Shown in pieces: positions 12,261 through 24,256 of a stretch of 64,000 bases of DNA. Both the position numbers and the translations under genes were made by a program. This stretch comes from Octopus vulgaris (taxonomy: Eukaryota), in contig OX597816.1 of the NCBI GenBank assembly GCA_951406725.2, forward strand, positions 109,678,001-109,742,000. The letters run 5' to 3'. The number at the start of each line of letters is the position of its first letter. Within the stretch, counting starts at the first letter, position 1. The notes below the pieces were generated by a model that saw nothing but the letters and a program-made list of their open reading frames with translations, was not told where the DNA came from and made no database searches.

Positions 12261-12619
12261 GGTGACATCGAATCCAGATATGCCTGTTTGTAAAGTAAGC
12301 TTCCTAATACTACAGCTATGCTTGGACATCTATATTTTTGATACAGGGTGATGGAATTAATAACAAGATACCCCTTCCGATGCTGACTACTGAAGTATAT
12401 TTGATGAGTGAAGCCTTGTTTTGATCAGACAGCCAAAGTGTTCGACCAGCATTGTGTTATTTGTTGTAAATTCTATTATATATCGACGCATATCAGAAGA
12501 CTTACAATGTTTATAATGAAATATACTTTCTTAGACCTTTCTGTATTCACACGGTTGGCTTTTGAATTCTGCAAAATGTTGCCATTCAATAGCTATGAAC
12601 ACTTTTTCTATTTCGTTCG

Positions 12620-12815
12620 ACAATATGGCAAAATAGTTAGCGCAACGGACAAAATGATTGGAGGCATTTCTTCCGGCTTCAAGCCCTGTGTTTAAATGCC
12701 ACCGAGGCTACATTTGCCTTCATAATTTCAGGGTCAATAAAATAGAGTCAGTTGATATAATCGATGAGCTTCCGTCCCAAAATTTCAGACTTCGGACCTA
12801 TAATAGAACAAAATT
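12620..12815 (+). mobile_element. Old SINE (family B)
   Basis: GGCAAAATAGTTAGCGCAACGGACAAAATG...CCGAGG...TTTGCCTT...GGGTCAATAAAATA resembles 16462-16682 and 58121-59075. Confidence 0.65.
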
Positions 12816-14639
12816 ATGCAGAAGAAGACAAAATAGGATGTTTAAATTACGTTAAAGCATTTTGCTTATGCGAGGACGATTGGATTGGTCATTTTTGATA
12901 TTCATTTCTTCTCTTTTATTGATATGCAAGTGACGACGACAAAGCACAGGTTTGGAAGATATAAAAACAATTTTGCTTTTTGTTGCCACTCAGCATGCAA
13001 ACAATCTAAGTAAAATCATTGCGTTAACATTAACACGTCTACATACACTTTCTCGACTCCATTTTCGTAGTGTATCCAGTTGTACATAGTACAGAAAAAT
13101 TGCAAGTTAGATGTAGCATTGAAAATATCAATATGATAAAGATGAGCAAGAACGAACAGTGCTATTCATCCTGATCATATCATTAGGGAGGGAGAAAAAA
13201 AGCAGTTCACTATGTTTGGCTTCTTAGGGTTAGTGAGTTCTCCTTGTACCACATTAGCAAAAAATACAAGTAATGATTTTCTGTATATCAGAAAACATAA
13301 CGTCAGTTGGTAGCCGTAAATCTTGTGTGTTTCTATTCGCAGATTTCAAGAATGAAAGGAGACATTCAAGTAAGACAGGCCTACCAAGTATAAAACCATT
13401 CACCTGTAATATAGCAATAGTTATGCTGAAACACGGGGACAATGCTGACGTGTGGCTCAACTTGGGAATTGAGCGATATGTAATATTTTATACAGCCAGA
13501 ATCAAGGAATTATATGATGTAATTTACATAGGGATACTGGACCAGAGTACCGCTGATACAGGTAATCGCAGATTCCAGATAAATCTAAGAGAAAAGTGTA
13601 TGCGTTTGTCTTGATATACAGACACACAAGCTTATGTCCAACTACATATTTTAAAGTTTGATTCAATAAAGAAATATTCATAAAGCTTTAAGATGTCACA
13701 CTCGTACTCAACTTTGCTTCCACGTTCCCTTGTAGACAAATCATCTGTTAACTAATGAAGATAGTGACGTAACTTCTGATCTTTTGTCATTAATTCACTA
13801 ACATATGTATATAAATATTATATATAAGTGCATATGAAGATCTATCTACCTATTTACACACACACGCACACACACATGCAAACGCTCACATACATAGATA
13901 CATACAAATATAACCATATTCTATGCGCATACAGTTTAGCACCCGTGCAAGAGCTCATATAAAGAAAAAAAGAGAAAGGGAGAGATATTGAAACTTTATA
14001 TTTATATTATCTATATTAGACAATAAAAGTAGGTAAGTAATAAAAGCTTCTAAATTAATATCACAAGAAATTTCTAAATCAGTAACTTAGACAAATATTT
14101 TCGCAAATTAGCTTTAAAAAAAGACATGAATACAAATAATCTTTGGGGATTCTAAAAAAGATGAAAAGAAACAATTGGATCAATACTTATAAATGTAATT
14201 AATTACTTCTATGAAGTTAATCAAAGATAATTGACTATCATTTAACCTATTGATTAAATATTGGCAGGATATAAAAGTAAATAAAACAGTATGAAAATTT
14301 TAGGTCTCTTAAATTTTGTTAGGAGATATATGAAAGTATCTTTAAGAAATTAATTGTTTTTAGTCTCAACATAAAATAAGGAACCGTATATATTTACTAC
14401 ATACTTGTGTTTGTGTGTGTGTGTGTGTGCTTGTAGCATATATATATGTTTACAGTATCTATCTACACATACACACACACAAACATATATATGTATATAT
14501 GTATTTGAATCTATATCTGGTCATAGAGTGACCAATAGTTTCGCATCCGGAAAGGCATTAGTCTCATGGACGTCTCATTAGGCTCTAAAACTGAAGACAA
14601 ATGTAACTCCTCCAAGGAGCTACCTCCAAGGAGCTACCT

Positions 14640-15680
14640 CCAAGGAAACGCAAATAATGAGTAGTAACCCACAGGGTACTGTCATAGTGGCCCTTTTAGA
14701 ATATCCGCAGTTGCTCACATAGGAATGCAGATGATAAAAAAGTCTCAGTGGCTACAGAACCTTGGAGATGCTGCGCGTCTGAAACAGGAATTGGAGTCAA
14801 TATACATGTTTGCCGAGGACAATAACATGCAGCTTAATCCTGAAAGATTCCAATCCCTGCTCTACCAGCATATGATGCTGAATGAAATGCAAACTGGATA
14901 CAAGGGCCAAAGAAGAATTGTAATCCCTGAATCAAAATAAGTGTGCGACCTAGACATTGGCCGGAGTAATGATGCATTCTGAGTGCCTATTACTGAGTTA
15001 GTAATAAAATTCAGGTGGATGGCCGGATGGATCCTTAGAATTTTCCGCACGGGAGAAAATGAAACCATGATGGTCCTCTCGAGGACATTTGTCCTCAGCT
15101 GTCTAGGCTGCCGACTACGGTTAAAATTAAAGACGAAATCCAAAGCAATCCGGTGAAGTTAAAGAAAGATCATCTCAATGCAACATGTCAACTATGGGGA
15201 GGATTCAAAAGTCAAGACTCTTTTTCCTAAAACAAAGGCGAGAAATATATGCAATGATATACATCTGGAAAATTTTGGAAGGACTTGGCATTGAAAGTTA
15301 GGCAAGCAGCAGAACTGGGCGCTACTGCATAGCGCTAAAAAACCTAACACTACCATCAGGATACAGGACCAATTACTGCAACCGCTTGGCTTTCAAGGAC
15401 TCAAAGCTCTTCTATATCTTCTCCAAAAGCCTGAGATACTTACATGGGATGGATGTAGGTGTTTTGAAAACAAAACTTGATTTCCTAGTGTGAAGAGTTC
15501 TGGATGAACTTATGTCGAGGCAGGAAACTAGATGAGGGCAGCAACATCAGACTCTCTCATTCACCAAATTCCATATATCAGAGAATGTTTCAAGTTGTGA
15601 GAGTTTAGCAAACTTAACGGAGCTGCCCCAGTATGTGTGCAACTCGCGAACCAAAACTAGGAACAGAATAAATGAAGAAA
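14640..15680 (+). mobile_element. 5'-truncated decayed CR1/L2-type LINE (RT C-terminus and 3'UTR)
   Basis: IYMFAEDNNMQLNPERFQ, MAGWILRIF, WKILEG; colinear with 45780-46745. Confidence 0.8.
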
Positions 15681-16429
15681 ATGGAAGTCTCGCTTTAGTC
15701 TGGATGTTAAATTAATACTTGAAATGATATCCTGTCGTATGAAAGCATTGTATTTGAATTATTTGTAGAGCTCAGTAATCTTTTTCTCGTAAACGTGTGC
15801 ATGTGTGTGTCTTTATACACTGCATAAGTACAAGCACGTACACACTCACACACGCGCGCGCCCGCACATATACATAATGGATGCAATACATCTATCGAAA
15901 ATACAGTATCCAACTGAATATTAGTTGAAAGCATATTTCTGGAAAGGCGAACTTATCTATAGAGAATTTAATGGAGAATTTAGTCGACAGCCAGTATGTT
16001 GAACGTCATAGTCACAGGGGACTTATGTCAATTCTTTTTGTTCAAAATTTAAACTGAAGAGCAGAATTAATCAAAGGCGAACCAATTATGAGATTCTTTC
16101 TAGTTTTAAAATATAGTGTTTCTAGGATATCATTATGCAATGCCTTCTACATTACATTTTCTAAGAGAGTGGACTATGGAGCGGTTCCATTGTTGATGAG
16201 AAAATACTCTCTCGTTGAAAAATAATCTTCTATTTGTAGTTATATAATTTTGCATAACAAAATTCAAATGTTTGCTATATCTCTGTCCACATCAATCCTC
16301 CACACCATTCCTGGTGAGGCATTATGGTATCTGAAGCTACACATTCAGCATTGTGTTATCTAAAGTTACAAATTCAGCAAATACCATAAACATTGAAATA
16401 TCATTTTATTTGTGAACCCTACGGATTGT

Positions 16430-16682
16430 AAGGTTATCGTTACTTAGAAATGAATCTCTACAGGCGACGAGCTGGCAGAAACGCTAGCACGCCGGGCGAA
16501 ATGCGTAGCCATATTTCGTCTGCCGTTACGTTCTGAGTTCGACTTTGCCTTTCATCCTTTCGGGGTTGATTAAATAATACCAGTTACGCACTGGGGTCGA
16601 TGTACTCGACTTAATCCGTTTGTCTGTCCTTGTTTGTCCCCTCTATGTTTAGACCCTTGTGGGCAATAAAGAAATAAGAAAT

Positions 16683-16713
<31 letters not shown>

Positions 16714-17003
16714 CACACACACACACACACACATATATATAAACACATTCGTAACATTGTGATGATGATGATGATGATGATGAAGTTTGTTCAAGTTCTG
16801 TAGTTTGTTCAAGTTCTGTTTTTGATGTCTAGCTTTTGAGTAAAATACTTCTTCTGACGTTGCTCTCTGACATCGGGCCGCTTTGATGGAGAGGGTGCGC
16901 TAATGCAGAGCATAAGCATTTAATAAATATAAACAAATTATTTGTGCAGGTCGTTCAGCAAGAAATTGCAGACCAACTTTCTCAGCTACAAGAGACTCCA
17001 CCT

Positions 17004-17034
<31 letters not shown>

Positions 17035-17052
17035 CAATGTTACGAATGTGTT

Positions 17053-17123
<71 letters not shown>

Positions 17124-17376
17124 ATTTCATATTTCTTTATTGCCCACAAGGGTCTAAACATAGAGGGGACAAACAAGGACAGACAAACGGATTAAGTCGA
17201 GTACATCGACCCCAGTGCGTAACTGGTATTATTTAATCAACCCCGAAAGGATGAAAGGCAAAGTCGAATTCAGAACGTAACGGCAGACGAAATATGGCTA
17301 CGCATTTCGCCCGGCGTGCTAGCGTTTCTGCCAGCTCGTCGCCTGTAGAGATTCATTTCTAAGTAACAATAACCTT
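16430..17376. repeat. Local inverted duplication: arms 16430-16783 and 17005-17376, ~220 bp spacer
   Basis: The arms are near-identical reverse complements, including unique flank, SINE and the (TC)(CA)(GAT) microsatellites. Confidence 0.95.
16462..16682 (+). mobile_element. tRNA-derived SINE (family B); mirrored copy at ~17122-17344 on minus
   Basis: AGGCGACGAGCTGGCAGAAACGCTAGCACGCCGGGCGAAATG head and GACTTTGCCTTTCATCCTTTCGGGGT core. Confidence 0.9.
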
Positions 17377-18707
17377 TTGTAAGACGCTATTAAAAATGCG
17401 AGCCAATGGGATTCCTTACAAACACCAACGATTTCATTTCATATTTGAGCACATTCTTGTTCGGAAATTTACTGCTGCTGTCATTAAAAACTTTAGTGCA
17501 AGTATCTCCATTCATGTGGGGTGTTATGAATGTAGTTTTATTTGTTTTTACCAGTGGGACGACTTCGTCTAATTTACCTGTTTGACTTTTTATTATGATA
17601 GGTCCTCAACTCATGTAAATAGAGACAATATACTCTAGCATCTAGAAAAAACAATCCCGGCAAACTCAGTGCGCCTCAACGTGTTATCTAGACAACGTGC
17701 ATATGCTTGAAATAGAAGACATCACTTACAGTATTGTCATGAAAAGAATAACTCAATGTAGCTCAATATTCACAATGTAGGACACGAAATCCTTGATGTC
17801 TCTTCGAACACTGCGGATGCTTTGTAGCTCTGTTGCTCTATCTGTAGGCATTGGTTGAGATAATTCAATAAATTAAGAATTAATTCTAAAAGCAACTGAT
17901 ATGCACGGGAGAGAAAAAAAAAACAACAACATATATTTTAGCCGAACTGTCATAAGCAAAGTATATATGAATAACATACGGAATCCATTTTTATTAAATA
18001 ACATTTTTTGTTTGTTAGGAGAAACGTAACAAGTATCTAATGGAAAATTTTAATTCATTAAAAATAATTTTAGTGTATCATTCAATACACTCATACATAA
18101 ATAATTTAATTCATTCCTTGCCATTGATAATTGAGATATTTCTGTTCGCACAATAATTTTACTTACATGCGTATAATGACACTCACACACCATTAACCCC
18201 CCTCCCACACGCACAATGTATAAACTTCGGCACGCACACGCCTACTCGTCACATACACAAATTATACAAACATTCGCATGCGTACAGTCATACATCACAC
18301 ACATACACACACACAGAATAGTAACTGAGTATGATTTCAAGTTCCAGCCGAAGGCTTTTTCACTTAGTAAATCTACGTATACTTACTTGAATAAACCCTC
18401 TGGCGTATCTTGAACGCTCCTTCAAATTTCATGGTGTAATGAATTTAACTCTACTTGTAGTGCGGCGTTCCGCAATCAAAAAAATATTCTCTGAGTAATC
18501 TGAAAATTAAAAGTATGGTTATATGGTTTAACAAGTTCGCTTTGTGATTATAGTTACAGTGACACTGGCGCCGCCTTGGTTGAGGATCTACTAGACATGG
18601 GGCCGACTAATACCTCTTGAATGGAAACGGTATTCGGTAACTCTTTGCAATATTGCTGGCAAGACATGAAGCATGAAGTTCAAACGTCAATAATGGGAAA
18701 CGTAAAA

Positions 18708-18752
18708 TCTATATCTATATCTATAATATAAAAAGGGAGATGTGTGTGTGTG

Positions 18753-18807
<55 letters not shown>

Positions 18808-19159
18808 ATGTCTGTGTGTGTACAGGCCTTTTACTTGATCCCCTTAAAATCAATATTTTTTTTCCGATTTCGTTCACGCTGGGAACATACGTCACTTCTT
18901 TTCCAGACATGGTCATAGACTCTCTTCAAATTTTCCACATAATGAGCAATGATGGTGGCATAGGTAAATAACAGACACTAACGATCGTTGCTTCAAGGGA
19001 GATTACTCTTGATTACGTCGTTATGCTACTTTCACTACAGTTTTTTTACAATTTTCATTCACTGCAAAACGCTGATATTTGCAGATTAGCACTTTCTTGA
19101 GGTAGCCATGAAAAATCAACTTTTAATTATTTCTTAATGCTTTCAGAAATTAATCTATC

Positions 19160-19209
<50 letters not shown>

Positions 19210-19658
19210 CAGTAATGCAATACAAAGTATTGCCTTCCAGTAAAAAGTAGCCCGTGAGGGAAAAATACACAAATTAGTAAATAAATGGCACAACTAAGTA
19301 CCGATATTTACTGGAAATAGCGAACGTAAAAATACGACGCTAAAGTGTAGCTTCACCGCGTATGTATTAGTAAAAATGCGTGCGTGCAACAAAATAGAGA
19401 AAAAAAACCGTCTTACCTCCAGGGAGAACATCTGAAATATGAAACACCCGGAAAACCCAACGTGCCACATAATACATTCCTCGGACGATGCAACAATTTT
19501 GAAAAACTGCCAACTCATTGTTTGGGATGAAGCAACTATGTCCCCTAAATGTTTCCTAAAAACACTTGGTACCATCATGAAAGACATTAGCGTCGTATTT
19601 TTACGTTCGCTATTTCCAGTAAATATCGGTACTTAGTTGTGCCAGTTATTTACTAATT

Positions 19659-19715
<57 letters not shown>

Positions 19716-20911
19716 TCTCTGCTTTTACTCATACCAAATTGTAACAGTTATTCAGGTTTTACAATGCCCATTCACTGTATACTGCCCATACTTGCACGTT
19801 AGCACTTCCTTGAGGTAGCCATGCAATTTCAACGTAACGCACCAAGAAAACCCAACGTGCCACATAATGCATTCCTCGGACGATGCAACAATTTTGAAAA
19901 ACTGCCAACTCATTGTTTGGGATGAAGCAACTATGTCCCCTAAATGTTCCCTAAAAACACTTGGTACCATCATGAAAGACATTAGATCGAACAACAAAAT
20001 CCTTGGAGGTGCGACTCTACTTCTTGCAGGAGATTTTCGACAAACTCTACCTATCATACCCAAAGGAACACCCGCTGATGAGCTTAATGCCTGCCTTAAA
20101 AAATCCCCCTTTGGTTGCATATCCAATCAAAACAACACAGTATCAATATTAGATCATGCGTGCTGACTGGTCAACTCACAGTCCAGTTTGAGGAAATGCT
20201 GCGTAAAATCAGCTAGGGACAAATTACGTCCAATGACAACGGATACATTGAAACTACCACCATTTGCCACTCTGTCTCTAGCCCTGACAATTTATGTTCT
20301 GCCGTTTACTTAAGTCTTACAACGGAATATGTAAAACCAGATTGACTTCCCTACAGGGCTGTTCTGGCACCTGCAAATGCAGCTGTCACCACTCTTAACT
20401 ATGACTTAATCTGTAAGATACCCTCTCAAGAATTGTTGCATCGTCCGAGGAATGCATTATGTGGCACGTTGGGGAAGGATGGGAGAGAGATGGAGACGAT
20501 GAGGGGAGATAGGGTGAGGGGAGAGAGAGTCGGTGGTGAGTGTAATGTGTATTTATTCTTTGAACTAAGCTTTTGTTCTCCTTTACTTAGCCCATCTGTA
20601 GCGCTTTCACGTGATTAGTTGACGGGAAAGGAGAGGAGCGAAAGAAAGAGGAGAGAGAAAAAGAGGGTAAGGCGAAGAGTGAGAGTTCTGTGTATTAAGT
20701 CTATAGAACCATGCATAAAGTATATAAATGGCATTAAATAATCATCGTATTTCAATTTCCTTCACTCTTCAATGATTAGCAGATGAGCGACTATCTTCTG
20801 ATACGGACCCGACACAGGCTACGCTTTCAGTTCTTTTCGATAAAGCTTTCAGAAATGACCGAATAAGTTTACTATTAATTAATTCCGTGAAATATTCACG
20901 GGTCCCGCTAG
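18708..20911 (+). mobile_element. Non-autonomous Helitron (~2.2 kb) retaining a PIF1-family helicase fragment
   Basis: 5' end A|TCTATATCTATATCTATAATATAAAA. 3' hairpin CCGTGAA-ATA-TTCACGG (20885-20901) then CTAG|T (20908-20912). Helicase motifs inside. Confidence 0.85.
19846..20432 (+). pseudogene. Helitron RepHel PIF1-like helicase fragment
   Basis: LIVWDEATM (Walker B), LLLAGDFRQTLPII (motif III) and RAVLAPAN (motif IV-like, ~20354). Frameshifted and truncated. Confidence 0.9.
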
Positions 20912-22298
20912 TATCACATAATTTGCTCTATAAACAACACTACCATACACATCCACTACAATAACACACCAGCCCCACCACAAACCCAGAGTTCCCCTAC
21001 TTATCTAACAAATCTTGGGACGTACTATTTACTCTTGCACACAGCATTCCCTCGCCTATTATCAATGAATTTTTCTCCCAAAGTTTGAATTTTCTATTTG
21101 CTCCTAATCACATATCTCACTTCTCTTTCCATATCACTTTCAATCCATACTTCACCACCATAGCGTTATACTTATCTTCCGATTCAAAATATCAATACAT
21201 TTGCATACCTCACCAAATCACTATCTGCGCTCCAATCCTATTACTACTTTCGTCATCATTAATTTTTCTTTTTGTCGGTTTTATTCTGATACTTATATTT
21301 ATTTTATGCATAATTTGTCTTTATCTCTTTTCGAACGTTTTTATTTATACAGATCGACACCAGTTTCTATTATTTAAATTCTTAATTGTACTTTCCGCAT
21401 TTAGAATATATATAGGCCACAAAATACATATTTATTGGCCTTCTATGAGAATATGAGAGTTGAAACTCCATGCCTTGGGAGCTAGCACACAGCTTCCTAC
21501 AATGACTTGGTGTTTTCCTCGTTTCTTTGTGATTTAGACATATATTGATGTTTTTCAATATTATTCTCCCCATAAAAACATTTTATAGAACGATGATGCG
21601 CGGGTCCATTGTCGGATACAAGCAACAACAACACCACAATATTTGTTACTTAGATATCTAACCCCCAACTTGCATCAAGCGAGTTCGTATGTGTCTGTGT
21701 GTGTAAGAAAATACATATTTACTGAGAGAAAGCATGCTACTAAAATGTATTCTTTTACATAACGCTTTTTTAAATCCTTCTGTCACCCCAAGGGAACTCT
21801 TTACACACTGGCACATACACATCTTAATGAAAACACATACACACACACGCGTGCGCCCACACAAACACATACACACACACACATTGTGAGCAACATGCTT
21901 TTATAGAAAAGTTACCATGAGAAAATAAAAGATGTAAAGAGATGCGAGAAGTGTGTGTGTGAGAGAAAGAGTGAGATTAAGAGGGAGATATCTTTTATGT
22001 CACTGTTACAGATTTTGGAATTTTAAAATTAAGTGAAAAATTTCAATTGTGGTACAATGATGCACATTTTCATTATGAATCCAAGTTTGTAATTCATTTA
22101 TTCTAGAAACATTTTAGAGAAATGTATCAAAGGATGAAAGTTTGATCATTTTTAACCAAAGAGAGAACAATATTTTTGTACGTGACAGCAGTAATAAAGT
22201 GAAAGTAAATATCAGAAGAGATTTTAAACAAAATGAAAGTCATGCATGGGTTATACATACACAAAGAAACAAAGTGTCAATGAGTGTGATAAATATAC

Positions 22299-22342
<44 letters not shown>

Positions 22343-22564
22343 CGAGAGAGAGCGAAAGAAAGAGAGAGAGAGAGTTTGATGGTGATACATAGAGAGTGGG
22401 AGAGTCGTCAATCTAAAATTTGAGTTATTTTTTGGTAGAAACTTATATTTTTTTTTGTTGTATTTCGGGATGGTTATTTTTTTTTCTTTTGCCAAATAAA
22501 CACACACACTGTATTTTCTTCACTTATTTATTACTTTTCTTATTTTAACTCCTGTTCATTGTCC

Positions 22565-22605
22565 GGAAATATTTCGTCACACATCTCTGACCTCTTCAGC
22601 AACAC
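22565..22605 (-). ncRNA. Hammerhead-core-like motif, degenerate
   Basis: Minus strand CTGAAGA-G-GTCA-GAGATGTG-TGAC-GAAA-TATT. Stem II and palindromic ATAT are present; stem I pairs poorly. Confidence 0.5.
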
Positions 22606-22807
22606 TTTCCGTCTTCGTGTGTACTCTTGCTCTGTTTATTTCATTCTAATTTTTTTCTTTATTATCATTTACGAACGACATTATCCGTGGGACGCAAAAT
22701 TCGAGAATAAAATTCGTTTTCCTCGAGGATGCACCGTTTCAGAGCCTTTTGGGGCTAAACACACATACATAGCCACATAACCATAAACACTTGTATTTAT
22801 ATATATA

Positions 22808-23880
22808 CTAGCAGAGATACCCGTCGTTGCCCGGTTACATTCAATTGAAGAATTAGTCTTTTCTGCTCTATTTTCTGAATGCACTGGAATATCTATGTTT
22901 CGAATTTCATCAAAATTGCAGATGAGGGTTATTTCCCTCTTTACACACCCTAAAAAAATTGTAATCGTGCTACATGGAAACCAAAAGACGAATGATCACA
23001 ATAAGCAGTCATTTACCCTACCCTAGTTGTTACCACTCCCAATGTAGGATTCCTCACCGTCCAGGTGACAGACACAGTCGTAAGATGCATTACGAATCTA
23101 TAGCAATTGGAAGGGCGTGACTCAACTGAAATCAACATTAACAACTGTGTGACGTGAGGGCTTAGGAGAGATTAAAGTGTCACCTCTGGAGTTTGCAAAT
23201 GACCACTATACTGACACGTAACTGGACAGAATGAATTTAAAATCTATAAATGTCTTTGAATAACCAGTCACTCATCTAGCAAGGCCTTGTAATCAATGTT
23301 ACCATCTGGGGACTATGTGTGAACGAGTGATAATAAAAAGACTGAAAGGAGGACTGCAATCAAATAACTTTACTCAACACTTTGCAACAGAATCAGTGGA
23401 GACAAAGATGCCTCTCATTTACTTAACAATTTATGCAACACATTGCAGAAATCCCAATGTAAGTGTATGTCAAAGCAAACTGTTACACTGTTGTACCATT
23501 GAATTAGAAATAATGCTCAACTTTTATGCTCGGGTAACCCTACAGCTTCCAAGAGCATAACTGTATTAGTTTTTGCTTAGATAAAATGACAAAATTGCGG
23601 GTGTTAAGTCCCCATGGAGGGGTCTTTCTAACTTTGTAAGAAGATGAAATTTTATAAATATTACTTCATTTGTGTCTAATATCTATGGTTAAAATTTCAT
23701 CAACAGCAAAAATATATGAATTGCCATGAGGGTTATGGCCCTTATGCTTATGATTTCCAAATTTCATAAAGATCCATTCAGCATTTTTGACCTAGTTTTG
23801 GATCATAAAAGAAATGACTAAAATGTGGGTGTTAAGGCTCACTATTAGGGTGTTATATATGTATGTATATAGATATAGAC
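22808..23880 (-). mobile_element. Non-autonomous Helitron (5' boundary approximate)
   Basis: Minus 3' end CCGGGCAACGACGGG-TATCTCTG-CTAG|T; candidate 5' TCTATATCTATATAC at ~23879. Confidence 0.6.
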
Positions 23881-23968
23881 ACAAACACACACACACACAC
23901 ATACACACACACACACACACACATACACACACACACACACACATACACACACACACATACACACACAC

Positions 23969-23999
<31 letters not shown>

Positions 24000-24256
24000 A
24001 AGATAAATTGATAGATACAACTGAGTGGGCAAACAAAAATATGAGACACAGCCTAGTGCTTTTTTATGTTGATACGCCTAGTACTTATTCTATTAGTTTG
24101 TTCTTGTGAAACCAGTAAGTTTTGTGGATGTAAATAAATGAACATCAATTGTGAAGCAGTGATGAGGGGGAAACAGAGACACACACATACACTTACATAT
24201 ATACTTATATATACGTTTGATTTATTTGAGTTCCTGTCTACGAAATCCATATATAT

